A stretch of 64,000 bases of DNA from a candidate division FCPU426 bacterium (lineage in GTDB: Bacteria; Oederibacteriota; Muellerivitia; Muellerivitales; Muellerivitaceae). Position numbers and translations under genes: made by a program. Below, one piece after another: positions 1 to 10,004 of this stretch. Positions within the stretch are counted from its first letter, which is position 1. The number at the start of each line of letters is the position of its first letter. The stretch spans positions 1,024,001-1,088,000 of the forward strand of contig CAWCKJ010000004.1 in assembly GCA_963796105.1 (NCBI GenBank), written 5' to 3'. Under the pieces are notes generated by a model. It had not been told where the DNA came from and did no database searches. It saw only the letters and a program-made list of their open reading frames with translations.

Positions 1-183
1 ACAGGTTGGTTTTCCAAGCCAAGCTCCTTCTAACGGTGGTGTGGAAGCAGTCTAAGGCAACAAAAAGGAAACCCAAAGCGGGAAAAGTCCAAAGGTTTTC
101 CTTTCCGCATTGCCCCTGGGTAAAAAAAAAGATAGGATAAGTGCCTGAAAAACCTTATTCCTCCCTTTTTTTAAGGAGATGTT

Positions 184-867
184 ATGCGCATTCAAGTTTG
201 CGTGGGTCTGGTCCTCTGCATGACCTTTCCCGCAGTCCTCTCTGCTAAAGCCTTCAATGAAATGACCGTGGAAAAACTGGACGGAACGATCATGGTCCAG
301 CACGCCGACGGTTCTGATCCCACCGCCCTCCAGACGGGTAGTACTGTGGAAAAAGGTGACTCCATCCAGGTTTTCGACAAAAGTTGGGTGATCCTTAAAT
401 CCCACCGGGGAGACCAGGTGGGATTGGATGGGGTGAATGGGCCGACCGTGGTGATAGTGGATGAGTATTTTATGGAAGGCCCCGACCGCCAGATAAGATT
501 CCTTCTGCAAAAAGGAACCATTTTCCTCAAAACCAACGGATGTGATTCCCGGCAGAGTTTTTTCGAGATCAACTCCGGCTCAGTGGTCTCGTCCATTAAC
601 GGCGCCCGCGCCATTGTGAGTTATGAGCCGGGACAAAACCAACTCAAGGTTCAATACCTTGACGGTAAGATGACCGTGGTGGACAAGAACAGCGAACAGG
701 TCTTGAGTGAACAGCATACCGACCACCTTTGGAAAGATGGGGTTATGCAGGACAAGGCTGACGAACCTGAATACATGGATGAGTTGGACAGTGTCAACTT
801 CAGCAGATTTTTTGACGGCGATCCCCGGCTTGAACCTGAAAGCAATAATATACTCCTGACAAAATAA
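184..867 (+). CDS. Exported FecR-like beta-domain protein
   Basis: AAGGAG RBS, signal peptide (..VLSAKA), FecR-like pattern (GDSIQV..S.VIL..G, L.KG.IF). Confidence 0.55.
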   Translation: MRIQVCVGLVLCMTFPAVLSAKAFNEMTVEKLDGTIMVQHADGSDPTALQTGSTVEKGDSIQVFDKSWVILKSHRGDQVGLDGVNGPTVVIVDEYFMEGPDRQIRFLLQKGTIFLKTNGCDSRQSFFEINSGSVVSSINGARAIVSYEPGQNQLKVQYLDGKMTVVDKNSEQVLSEQHTDHLWKDGVMQDKADEPEYMDELDSVNFSRFFDGDPRLEPESNNILLTK

Positions 868-911
868 TTTTTCCCAGATTCAACTCACCCCTTTTACAAG
901 GCGGATGGACA

Positions 912-1100
912 GTGAGTCCCCTCAACATCGAGTTTACCTGCCCCTATTGCGGTTATCCCAATTTTTCCCCGGTAGATCCCCTCAGCGGCGTTCACGAATG
1001 GACTTCGGACTGTGAGAATTGCTGCCGACCGATTGCGTTGCGGGTCCGTGTGAGGCATGGGGAAATCGACGAGTGGACCTCGGACCGAGAACAGGATTGA
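912..1100 (+). CDS. CPXCG cysteine-rich zinc-ribbon small protein
   Basis: CPYCG...DCENCCRPI motif. Confidence 0.8.
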   Translation: MSPLNIEFTCPYCGYPNFSPVDPLSGVHEWTSDCENCCRPIALRVRVRHGEIDEWTSDREQD

Positions 1101-1148
1101 GAGAGAAGAGTGGGAAAAAATTTTGCGGTCCACCGGCGGTATCCTTGA

Positions 1149-1856
1149 TTAATGAAAAGGAGCCCCGCCTGTGTGGATGAGGTTCAACGCCACCTTGGTG
1201 GCCATGAAAAGGTAATAAAAGAAGAGGCCCAGCCCGCAAATCCAGGTGATGAAGGTCAGGGCCTTCCGGTTGAAGAGGTTTCGGCTGTAGTGCACTCCCA
1301 TCCCTAGGCAGAAAAACCATATCAGCTCGCTGACCAATACCGCCGAGAAAAAAGTCGTGGCGGCTCCCCCCATCAGGGCGATGGGCCCGGAGACCTGGTA
1401 CTGGTACACCTGCATCGTGCCGACCCAGCCGATCCATCGAAGAAGGGTAAAAGGATTGGTGGCGTTCAGGATGAATCCCATCACGAAGGAGTTGTCCAGC
1501 CACTGGACCTGGCGCCTCAAGGAGGAGTTCGCCTGGGCCTCCGGACTGTCCCTGATCTCCATTAACATGGAATAGGCAAGATAGAGAAGAAATATCACGC
1601 AGATGGCGAAGAGGATGAACTTCCAAGACCCGCCAAAGCCCTCATGAGCAAGGCCCACGAACACGGCGTAAGCGCATAAGGCGTCCATGACGGCCGCACC
1701 CGCCCCCACGAGAAAGGTCTGCTGGAACCCGCCCAGGATACCCCGGCGGATGGCGAGAAAATTTACGGGACCGATCATGGCGGCGGTGCAAAAGCCGATG
1801 ATGAGCCCCTGGGTGATGGCGGCGTAAATGAGTTTGACGGTTTCGTTCGTGGGCAT
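1149..1856 (-). CDS. LysE-family translocator
   Basis: IGPVN..AIRRG...G..GAA..DA and NP motifs, multiple TM helices. Confidence 0.8.
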   Translation of the reverse strand: MPTNETVKLIYAAITQGLIIGFCTAAMIGPVNFLAIRRGILGGFQQTFLVGAGAAVMDALCAYAVFVGLAHEGFGGSWKFILFAICVIFLLYLAYSMLMEIRDSPEAQANSSLRRQVQWLDNSFVMGFILNATNPFTLLRWIGWVGTMQVYQYQVSGPIALMGGAATTFFSAVLVSELIWFFCLGMGVHYSRNLFNRKALTFITWICGLGLFFYYLFMATKVALNLIHTGGAPFH

Positions 1857-1910
1857 GGCGGGGTTATTTTAGCGGAAGCCACGGGGATAAAACACAGGCA
1901 TTTTCTATGT

Positions 1911-2819
1911 TTATGCACAAAGTGACCGTGCTGTAATGGGTTTTGCTAAGGCACATGCGGTCAAAGCACGGTGAAATAAGGAATCGGGATCATGACGACG
2001 GTTGAACCGATAGGCATATTCACTTAGATACCGGCCTAAATACTTAGCATCAACGCCATGATGAGTTCCAATGATCCAGGCCTTGGCGTTGGAAATGAAC
2101 CGGTGTACCCAGGGCAACCAACTTTCCAACTCTTTCGGGTCATTGGCCATCACCCGGTAGTCTGCCTCCACTCCTTTGAGTTCACGCAAGGCTGGCGAAG
2201 CATCTGTGTTGAGGAAAGAGCCTTTTTCCATAGTCTGATTCACGAATTCCTGGCTCTCCCACTTGGTTTCCATAGCTACCTTCACCTTGGCAAAACCCGC
2301 TTTTTCCTTCTTGCAACCATTCTCATCCACCCATTCCTTGCTTTCCACCGCCACCAAGACTTCCACTTGGTTTTCCTTGGCCTTTTTCCCAAAAACCGCC
2401 CCATCCAACTCAATGACGCCCTTTAGAGTATAGCTTTCGTCCTTTTGCCTAAGACCTTCCCGGATCTTATGCAATAGAAGCCATGCCGAATGATCCGAAA
2501 GATTTAAATGCCGCTTCAGTTCCAGGGCCGAAATACCCCGTTTGCCCTGCATCATCAAACTGATGGCCCTGACCCAGGTTAAAAGAGGCAGCTTGGAGCT
2601 TTCAAAAATCGTCCCGGCGCGAAGCCGAAGACGTTTCCGGCAATAGTCACATTCCCTCACTTCAGGCTTGGCCTGGTGTTGCCAGAAGCTTTCGCCCTCA
2701 CATTGGGGACAAACAAAGTCTTTCCCGCCGAAACGGCATCTCCACACCCATTGGCGGGCTTCTTCTTCCGTGTGGATTTTCCTCAGAATTTTAATGCTTT
2801 TCATCCGCTGGTAGCTCAT
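1911..2819 (-). CDS. IS1595-family transposase
   Basis: Zn ribbon CPQC..CDYC, AGTIF, ELDG / TDA / LPWVHRFISNAK, YLSEY.YRFNRR. Confidence 0.95.
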   Translation of the reverse strand: MSYQRMKSIKILRKIHTEEEARQWVWRCRFGGKDFVCPQCEGESFWQHQAKPEVRECDYCRKRLRLRAGTIFESSKLPLLTWVRAISLMMQGKRGISALELKRHLNLSDHSAWLLLHKIREGLRQKDESYTLKGVIELDGAVFGKKAKENQVEVLVAVESKEWVDENGCKKEKAGFAKVKVAMETKWESQEFVNQTMEKGSFLNTDASPALRELKGVEADYRVMANDPKELESWLPWVHRFISNAKAWIIGTHHGVDAKYLGRYLSEYAYRFNRRHDPDSLFHRALTACALAKPITARSLCA

Positions 2820-2840
2820 GTACCACCTCCCGTAGCGGAC

Positions 2841-2868
2841 AGTATACCTATGTATTCCTTTATTTCAA
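2841..2868 (-). promoter_or_regulatory. Sigma70-like transposase promoter (TTGAAA-16 nt-TATACT)
   Basis: The same -35/-10 pair is conserved upstream of the second transposase (3837-3864). Confidence 0.65.
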
Positions 2869-2899
2869 GGGTCACTTAATACAGAAGCATGGCATTTTC

Positions 2900-3887
2900 C
2901 ATGCCTATCCGAACAACGCTTGCGCAGTAATGGGTTTTGCCAAAGCGCAAGCGGTTAAGGCCCGGTGAAATAAGGAATCTGGGTCATGGCGACGATTGAA
3001 CCGATAAGTATATTCGCTCAAGTATCCAGGCAGATATTTCACGTTGACTCCATGATGGGTTCCTAGGATCCAAGCCTTGGCGTTGGAAATGAATCGGTGG
3101 ACCCAAGGTAACCAGTGATTTAACACCACTGGGTCATTGGCTGTTACCTGGTACTCCACATCCACGTTTTCCAAGTTTCTCAAGCTGGGACTGGCATCCG
3201 TGTTTATCATGGCGCCTTTCTGGATTGCTTGATCGACGAATGCTTGGGCTTCCCACTTGGTTTCTGCGGTCACCTTTATCTTTGCAAAACCCGCTTTCTC
3301 TTTTTTGCGCCCTTTCTCATCTATCCATTCTTTGCTTTCAACCGCCACCAGCACTTCAGCCTGGTTTTCCTTTTCTCTCTTGCCGAATACAGCCCCATCC
3401 AACTCAATGATTTCCTTGAGTTGGTAATTTTCATCCCTTTGTCGAAGACTTTCCCGAATCTTATGCAACATCCTCCAAACGGTATCGTAGGAGGGCATTC
3501 CCAATTGCCGCTGAAGTTCCAGGGCTGAAATGCCCCTTTTCCCTTGCATCACCAATCCAATCATCCTCAACCAGGTTAAGATTGGGATCTTGGATTTCCG
3601 GAAGATCGTTCCGGCTCGAAGCCGTATTTGCTTTCGACAATAGTCACATTCCCGCACTTCGGGGCGGTTTTTGTGTTGCCAGAAACTTTCTCCTTCACAT
3701 TGTGGGCAAACAAAGTCTTTTCCGGCAAAACGGCTCTTCCACACCCATTGACGTGCCTTTTCTTCTGTATCGATTTCCTTGAAAATCTCAATCCCCTTCA
3801 TCCGTTGGTAGTTCATAATTTGCCCCTCCAACAATGAGTATACTCCTGTATTCCTTTATTTCAACAGGTACCGTTTGGAGAGGCATT
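2900..3887 (-). mobile_element. IS1595-family insertion sequence, copy B (988 bp)
   Basis: IRs CATGCCTATCCGAAC vs rc AATGCCTCTCCAAAC; GCATTTTC direct repeats at 2892-2899 and 3888-3895. Confidence 0.85.
2905..3834 (-). CDS. IS1595-family transposase (diverged paralog of copy A)
   Basis: Same motifs as 1911-2819; true start probably at MNYQR (3816). Confidence 0.95.
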   Translation of the reverse strand: MLEGQIMNYQRMKGIEIFKEIDTEEKARQWVWKSRFAGKDFVCPQCEGESFWQHKNRPEVRECDYCRKQIRLRAGTIFRKSKIPILTWLRMIGLVMQGKRGISALELQRQLGMPSYDTVWRMLHKIRESLRQRDENYQLKEIIELDGAVFGKREKENQAEVLVAVESKEWIDEKGRKKEKAGFAKIKVTAETKWEAQAFVDQAIQKGAMINTDASPSLRNLENVDVEYQVTANDPVVLNHWLPWVHRFISNAKAWILGTHHGVNVKYLPGYLSEYTYRFNRRHDPDSLFHRALTACALAKPITAQALFG

Positions 3888-3995
3888 GCATTTTCCGTCC
3901 GGAAGCAGGCCCCGCTATGTTGGGTTTGATTTTCAACTTTCACCCAAATTTGCTATCCTGAGCCGGTCCAAATGCGGAATGAAAGGATCGAGCTT

Positions 3996-4487
3996 ATGGC
4001 AAAAACATCAAAGGCGCTGGTCAACATCCTCATGGGTAGCAAGTCGGATTGGGAAACCATGAAAAACGCTTCCGACACCCTGGCCCAATTTGGTGTCCCC
4101 CACGAGTGCCGCGTTCTGTCGGCGCATCGCACCCCCAAGGAAACCGTCGCCCATGTCGGCGGGGCTGAGGCCCGCGGCGTGGAGGTGATGATTGCAGCGG
4201 CTGGAGGAGCGGCCCACTTGGCCGGGGTCTGCGCGGCCCATACGATTCTGCCGGTGCTGGGAGTTCCCATGGAAAGTAAACTACTCGGATTGGATTCGCT
4301 TCTTTCCACCGCCCAAATGCCCGGCGGCATTCCCGTTGGCACTCTGGCCGTCGGCAAAGCGGGAGCGGTGAACGCCGCCCTTTTGGCCGTCGCGATCCTG
4401 GCCGGGAAAAGGCCGGACTTGAAGAAGAAACTGAAAAAATATCGGGCCGATCAGGCCGCTAAGATCCTCAAGGAAAAATTAGTCTAG
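3996..4487 (+). CDS. purE: N5-CAIR mutase PurE
   Basis: ILMGSKSDW, SAHRTP, AGGAAHLAG, QMPGGIPV; start moved to the ATG after AAAGGA. Confidence 0.97.
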   Translation: MAKTSKALVNILMGSKSDWETMKNASDTLAQFGVPHECRVLSAHRTPKETVAHVGGAEARGVEVMIAAAGGAAHLAGVCAAHTILPVLGVPMESKLLGLDSLLSTAQMPGGIPVGTLAVGKAGAVNAALLAVAILAGKRPDLKKKLKKYRADQAAKILKEKLV

Positions 4488-4666
4488 CTTTTCCTAGGAG
4501 ACGCATCTATTCAACAGCACATTGGCGACTCGGCCCGTCATTTGGAATAATCACCTGTTCCGGCCGAGGGTCATTACTCTCCCAACTCTCCCAATGCTGT
4601 TTATTCCTCTTTCGCTGAATAACAAAAAGCTCCCACTTTTCAGGATGACGATGTAAAATACTGCCC

Positions 4667-4891
4667 ATGAATTCATTCGCCAATCCCGACGAAGCCAAAA
4701 CCTATGAATATCCCGAGTTTCCTCGCCCGGAGAGGAAAGTCATGAAAGTGGATTATTCCCAGGTGCAGGGAGCGGAAAAATTCAAAGAGTTGGACGTGGA
4801 CCGCCCTGAATCCAAGATTGCGGAACTGCCGATCGTTGCTACGGTTCTTTTCCAGGATTTCAAGGAAGTCCTTTCAAAGAACCCTTCCTGA
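4667..4891 (+). CDS. Small hypothetical protein
   Basis: ATG-started 74-aa ORF with protein-like composition; no motif recognised. Confidence 0.3.
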   Translation: MNSFANPDEAKTYEYPEFPRPERKVMKVDYSQVQGAEKFKELDVDRPESKIAELPIVATVLFQDFKEVLSKNPS

Positions 4892-6848
4892 GATTGAATC
4901 GTCCTTGACCGCGTTTCCAACCGGAAGCCCGGAAAAACCTTTACGAAAAGTTCTTTCCTCGTTGCGTTTATTATCTCTCGACCGTTGGAATTATATTATC
5001 CCCGTTTGCTTCGCGCTAATTTTTCTTTTCGCGTCCCGGTTGAACGTCGATTATGACCTGGGCTATCACTTAAAAACAGGGGAGTGGATTCTCCAGCATC
5101 ACGCATTTCCCGATAAAGACAAATTCACCTACACCGTCCCGCAAAACGATTACATCGACTCCCATTGGTTATACCAAGTCATTCTTTTTCTTCTCTTCCG
5201 AATTGGCGGCTACGCGGGACTATCCTTCCTGAATGTTTTGCTGATCCTGGCGGTGTTCGCCTTGATCTTTACACGCATGAGAAAGACAGGCTGTCCCGCC
5301 TGGCTTCTTTTCCTTTTGTTTTTTCCCGCGATCCTCGCCATGGAAATCCGATTCCTGATCCGGCCCGAGGTATTGAGCTGGCTCTTCTTGTCCCTGGACC
5401 TGATAGCGCTCGACCTTTGGGCCGAAAAACGGAAAAATTTCCTATTCATCCTGCCTCTGGTCCAACTGATCTGGACCAATTCCGAGGGTCTCTTTGTCCT
5501 GGGATGGGTGGTCATGGGGGCCTACTTCATTTCCTTATACCTACAGACCCGGCGGGTGGATTTGCCCCTCTTGAAAGCTTTTCTTCTCTCCCTGGCCCTG
5601 TCCTTCCTGAACCCCTATTTCCTCAAAGGCGTCGCTTTTCCCCTCGAGCTTTTCACGCGTTTCGACCCCTCGAACCTTTTCAAGAGGTATATTTCCGAAT
5701 TGCAGTCGCCTTGGTCCATCCTGCGGGACACCCATGTGCCGTTTTTCCCAGCCACGCCCATTTACGCCTACCGGATCCTCGCGCCGCTTGTTCTGTTGCT
5801 GATCCTGTCTGGGTCCTCCCGCCGGAAGTTCCACGGTGTTTTCCTCTCCATCGCCTTTTTCCTTCTCTCGGCCGCGGCCATTCGGAACATGCCCTTGTTT
5901 TTTCTCGCGGCTCTTCCTCTTGCCGCTTCATCTCTGAAGGACTTTGCCTCGGCCCCGGGTGGATGGCTCAAAAGGCTGGATGGTTTTTTTCGATCCCGGA
6001 AGTTTCTCCCATTTGGGACCGCCTTCTTGGTTTTGCTCCTTTGCCTGAGGGTGGGGAGCCAAGCTTATTACGTGTCCGAGCGCCGGGCCGTCCATAACGG
6101 ATGGGGGATCGATTCCGAGCGGATTCCCGTCAAGGCCGCGGCCTTCCTGGAGAAAAACGGGCTTCAAGGACTCATCTTGAACGAATTGGGGTTTGGGGGC
6201 TGGCTGGAGTGGCGGGGCGGGCTTCCAGTTTTTATCGATGGGAGGCTAGAAGTCATGGGAGAGGGCCTTTTCGCTGAGTACCGCGACAGCTTCAACCCCG
6301 GCGGTTTATGGCGGCTAGTCAAGCAATATGGCATCCAATTAGTCCTGTACAACCACATGGCTGGGATTTCCTGGACCACCCAACTCCAGCAGATGTCCGG
6401 CTGGCGGCTGATCTATTACGATGACTTGGCGGCGATTTGGGCCGCGCCGGGATACGCCGCCCAATTCGAGACCGTGGCATCGCGAAACTCGCTGGCGGCT
6501 TGGGATCTGGTTCCCCCGCCCTCCGACAATCTTCTGCTGGATTTCCAAAAGAAGCGCAGGAACGTATTGGCCGACTGGGCCGAAGGATTCGTCTTTCCCC
6601 AAACCTATCCTATGCCCCTAATGCGATTGGGGACCTTCGCTTACGAGAACGAGGATTATGAGACTGCCAAAGATCTTTTTTTGGGAATGCTGGAAAAAAC
6701 ACAGGGAAGGTATTATGAGGTTTATTTCAACCTGGGAGCGGCCTATGTGCGTTTAGGACGGCCCGATTTGGCTGAGATTTGTTACAAGAAAGTCCTGGAA
6801 TTAGAACCGGATAATCCAGCTGCATTGGAAAAACTTAAACAGTTATAA
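4818..6848 (+). CDS. Polytopic membrane protein (GT-C-like) with C-terminal TPR
   Basis: D.D..YHL..G.WI and FIDGR motifs, many TM segments, TPR at the C-terminus; start uncertain. Confidence 0.65.
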   Translation: MRNCRSLLRFFSRISRKSFQRTLPEIESSLTAFPTGSPEKPLRKVLSSLRLLSLDRWNYIIPVCFALIFLFASRLNVDYDLGYHLKTGEWILQHHAFPDKDKFTYTVPQNDYIDSHWLYQVILFLLFRIGGYAGLSFLNVLLILAVFALIFTRMRKTGCPAWLLFLLFFPAILAMEIRFLIRPEVLSWLFLSLDLIALDLWAEKRKNFLFILPLVQLIWTNSEGLFVLGWVVMGAYFISLYLQTRRVDLPLLKAFLLSLALSFLNPYFLKGVAFPLELFTRFDPSNLFKRYISELQSPWSILRDTHVPFFPATPIYAYRILAPLVLLLILSGSSRRKFHGVFLSIAFFLLSAAAIRNMPLFFLAALPLAASSLKDFASAPGGWLKRLDGFFRSRKFLPFGTAFLVLLLCLRVGSQAYYVSERRAVHNGWGIDSERIPVKAAAFLEKNGLQGLILNELGFGGWLEWRGGLPVFIDGRLEVMGEGLFAEYRDSFNPGGLWRLVKQYGIQLVLYNHMAGISWTTQLQQMSGWRLIYYDDLAAIWAAPGYAAQFETVASRNSLAAWDLVPPPSDNLLLDFQKKRRNVLADWAEGFVFPQTYPMPLMRLGTFAYENEDYETAKDLFLGMLEKTQGRYYEVYFNLGAAYVRLGRPDLAEICYKKVLELEPDNPAALEKLKQL

Positions 6849-7002
6849 AGCTTTATCGTCGAATCACTTGAATTCCCCGGGCTAAACCCAAACGTCCATG
6901 CTGGTTTTTAAAGGAAAATGGATTAAACTTTAGCCGCAACGTTTGAACCGTGAGAAACGTCTAAATTACACCTTCATCTCAAGAAAAAAGAGGAGATCCG
7001 TT

Positions 7003-8271
7003 ATGCAAAAAAAATTTATTTACTTAGTCGCCGGAATTTTCATGGCATTACCTTCGGTCATCTTGGCCGCCAATTCCACTGCCCAGGATTTCGATGATTT
7101 AGGAATGGCCCTTTACCAGAAGGGCCTTTACGACAAGGCCATCAATTATTTTCAAAAAGCTGTCCAGGCGGATCCAACCGACTGGCAGGGATACGAAAAC
7201 CTTGGGGACGCCTACTCCAAGAGCGGGGATAATCAGGATGCTTTGAACGCTTATCAACAAAGCCTGAGGATCCACCCCGATAATCCCGAAGTGCAGGCCC
7301 ACATCGACAGCTTGGGCGGTTCCTCGAATTCGGTTTCCCCCGCCAACCCGCCTTCTGCGACCCAGCCCAGCGTTGCGCCACCTCCCAACAATCAAGTGGA
7401 TCAAGAACCTCCGGCCCAAGGTAATGGTTATTTTGTTCCCCGTCGCCGATACCGGCCTAAGCCTGTTTCTTATAACGACGGCTTGGCGCCCATGGACCAC
7501 GCCAAGGTTTGGACCTCCCTCGAATTAGGCTACAACTACTCTACCCAAGGCGATCTTGTTAATAGCGCCAACGTCGTCAACAATGAAATATCAAATGGCA
7601 CATTGCCTGTTTATGAGACTGGAAACACTCCGACTGGGAACGCGTTGTCCTCCAACGATGGTTTCAACTTTGGCGGGGAGGTTGGGTTTCTTTTGAATCC
7701 CAACAATGGCATCGCCATCGGTCTTCGTTACATCCAGACGAACGACAATACCATTAACATCAACTACAACGATAGCTATGGCGATACCGAGGACACAACC
7801 TTAACCCCGTACGTGGTTCCCCTTACGCTGGATTACTACCTGTTCCTTCCAGATGGGGGGGGACGGTTTTTCCTCAGCGCCGGCATCGGCTATTATTTCG
7901 GGGTAGTCCACGTCGAACAGAATGTTACCTATACAGACACGAATATTCCCGAGACTTACAACTCGGCACCCTCAGGCGACTTGACTGCCGGAGGGGTGGG
8001 TTTTCAAGTGGGGATCGGGCGGGAATTTGCTGTGGGCCGAAACATGGGTGTCGAAATTTTCGCCCGTGGCCGTTATGCCAAGCTTACCAATTTCCGTGGA
8101 ACTCTGGTGGATCTTAACACGGGTTATTCCGGCACTTATGGCTTAGCGAAGTTTTCTGATGGATCGGTAGATATTTGGCCGGCAGGTGAAATCAGCGGAA
8201 GTACAACCAATGCCACTGTGGATTATACCGGTTTTGATGTTGGATTCGCCCTGAATTTCTATAGTTTCTAA
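7003..8271 (+). CDS. TPR plus outer-membrane beta-barrel protein
   Basis: AGGAG RBS, signal peptide, 2-3 TPRs, Pro-rich linker, amphipathic strands, terminal Phe. Confidence 0.75.
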   Translation: MQKKFIYLVAGIFMALPSVILAANSTAQDFDDLGMALYQKGLYDKAINYFQKAVQADPTDWQGYENLGDAYSKSGDNQDALNAYQQSLRIHPDNPEVQAHIDSLGGSSNSVSPANPPSATQPSVAPPPNNQVDQEPPAQGNGYFVPRRRYRPKPVSYNDGLAPMDHAKVWTSLELGYNYSTQGDLVNSANVVNNEISNGTLPVYETGNTPTGNALSSNDGFNFGGEVGFLLNPNNGIAIGLRYIQTNDNTININYNDSYGDTEDTTLTPYVVPLTLDYYLFLPDGGGRFFLSAGIGYYFGVVHVEQNVTYTDTNIPETYNSAPSGDLTAGGVGFQVGIGREFAVGRNMGVEIFARGRYAKLTNFRGTLVDLNTGYSGTYGLAKFSDGSVDIWPAGEISGSTTNATVDYTGFDVGFALNFYSF

Positions 8272-8284
8272 TTAACTGCCCTCC

Positions 8285-8317
8285 AGGCCCCGGCTATTTA
8301 AGCCGGGGCCTTTTTTT
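8285..8317 (+). terminator. Rho-independent terminator
   Basis: AGGCCCCGGCT/AGCCGGGGCCT stem followed by a T run. Confidence 0.85.
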
Positions 8318-8366
8318 GTCCCCGGAAATGAATAGGTTGTTTCAATGGGAGAAAAGGAGAACATCC

Positions 8367-8963
8367 GTGAAAAGAATTTTCAGATGTTTGGGGATCATTT
8401 GCTTTTACTTATTTCCCTCAGTCCTTTTCGCCACAACAACCCCGAAAACCGAAACCGCCGTCTTCGCGGGCGGGTGCTTCTGGTGCATGACCCCGCCTTT
8501 TGAGGAATTGAAGGGTGTTTTGAAAGTCACCACTGGTTATACGGATGGAAAAGGGAAAAATCCAGCCTATGGCGATTACGCGGAGAAAGGCTATACCGAA
8601 GGAGTCCAAATCACGTTCGATTCGTCCCAGGTTTCATATGAACGTCTATTGGAAGTATTCTGGCGGCAGATCAATCCGACCGATTCCAACGGGCAATTTG
8701 CCGACCGGGGTCCGCAATACCGGGCGGCCGTGTTTTACCTAAATGAATACCAAAAAAAACAAGCGGAGAAATCAAAAAAGGATTTGGGCAAATCCGGCAA
8801 GTTTGATAAGCCCATTCTTGTCCCCATCAAGAAGTATATGAATTTTTATCCCGCAGAGGATTATCACCAGGATTTTTACAAAAAAAATCCTGTCCATTAC
8901 CGTCTTTACCACATGAACTCGGGAAGGGAATCCTTCTTGGAAAAAGTCTGGGCCAAACATTAG
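8367..8963 (+). CDS. msrA: Exported peptide-methionine (S)-S-oxide reductase
   Basis: FAGGCFWC, GQFADRG.QYR, AEDYHQDFY; signal peptide; GTG start after AAGGAG. Confidence 0.92.
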   Translation: MKRIFRCLGIICFYLFPSVLFATTTPKTETAVFAGGCFWCMTPPFEELKGVLKVTTGYTDGKGKNPAYGDYAEKGYTEGVQITFDSSQVSYERLLEVFWRQINPTDSNGQFADRGPQYRAAVFYLNEYQKKQAEKSKKDLGKSGKFDKPILVPIKKYMNFYPAEDYHQDFYKKNPVHYRLYHMNSGRESFLEKVWAKH

Positions 8964-9238
8964 GAACTCCTGGAAAATTCCAGGGGAATGACAACCCCTC
9001 GGGTAAAAAAGACCAAATCACCATAGATTCCAATCAGGAAGGTTATTCGTAAAACCCGAAGACGGGTATGGTTAATGGCTTGAACGTTTGGGGGCTTTAG
9101 GAATGAAGTCCTCGACTCTTTTGAGGCAATTGGAATAAAATTCTCAGCAAGCCGGGAGATTCATGACGCTCGGAATTGAGACGCTTCTTTTTCGCGTCCC
9201 ACCTATCAATTTCAAATTAATCTACAAAGGAGAGAACC

Positions 9239-9880
9239 ATGATCCAGTACAAGAATATTTATGTGTTAATCGCGGCCGGGTTGGCATTGTCAGGGGGAAA
9301 GTTGTGGGCGGATGACACGATTCCCGCTCCGCCTCAAACCTCGCCCACCCCGATAGCGACTGTCGCGAGCAAGGAAGCCAAAAGCGACATCGTCAAGGCG
9401 GTCAAGGCCGAGGGCGTGACCGTGTCGCCCATGAAGGCGGCAATGGCTTTGGCGGAAGCTGGCAAGATCGACGAGGCCGTCGCGGCCTATGAGAAGATGG
9501 GTGTACAGAAATCAGCGAAAGTGGAAGCCTGGAGGCTCAATAATGAGGGATTGGCTTACCTAATCGGGGGCAAACCCGAAAAGGCCGCGCCTCTCTTGGA
9601 AAAATCCACAGCCACCAACGCTGATAATTATGTGGCTTGGAATAATCTGGGGAGCGCCTATGAGCAGACGGGTCAGCTCGATAAGGCCAAGGACGCCTAC
9701 CAGAAATCAATAGACGCGGCTAAAAAGGCGGACGCCGCCTCTGTGAAGGCGGAGGACAACCTGAAGAGCTTGCAAGCCAGGCTTGAAAAGTTAGCTGCTA
9801 AAAAAGCCAAGGGGGTCAAGAAGGCTGGCGATGAAACCCCGGCAACACCAGTCAGCGGAACGCCTGCTGAGAAGAAATAA
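9239..9880 (+). CDS. Exported TPR protein
   Basis: RBS, signal peptide, TPR motifs (AWNNLGSAY..G..DKA..AY). Confidence 0.75.
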   Translation: MIQYKNIYVLIAAGLALSGGKLWADDTIPAPPQTSPTPIATVASKEAKSDIVKAVKAEGVTVSPMKAAMALAEAGKIDEAVAAYEKMGVQKSAKVEAWRLNNEGLAYLIGGKPEKAAPLLEKSTATNADNYVAWNNLGSAYEQTGQLDKAKDAYQKSIDAAKKADAASVKAEDNLKSLQARLEKLAAKKAKGVKKAGDETPATPVSGTPAEKK

Positions 9881-9907
9881 AAGCAATAGACTTTTTAAAA
9901 TAAAACA

Positions 9908-9948
9908 AAAAAGTCCCTCCCATGGCAACAAAGGAGGGACTTCTTTTT
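9908..9948. terminator. Bidirectional terminator
   Basis: AAGTCCCTCC/GGAGGGACTT stem with A and T runs between convergent genes. Confidence 0.7.
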
Positions 9949-10004
9949 ATTCCGGTCGTTTCTTCCGGCCGGGATGGTTTTCTTGTGAAACGGGTCAAAG
10001 AGAA

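Larger units (their letters stand above)
1906..2891 (-). mobile_element. IS1595-family insertion sequence, copy A (986 bp)
   Basis: Imperfect terminal IRs (TATGTTTATGCACAAAGTGACC vs rc CATGCTTCTGTATTAAGTGACC), flanked by 8-bp direct repeat GCATTTTC at 1898-1905 and 2892-2899. Confidence 0.85.

Noticed and set aside
1889..1912. 3' hairpins suggesting IR-less, HUH-like element ends (also 2887-2904)
   Set aside because: Better explained by terminal IRs abutting the 8-bp target duplication
9040..9230. Riboswitch upstream of the TPR gene
   Set aside because: Only short hairpins; no recognisable c-di-GMP or other aptamer consensus
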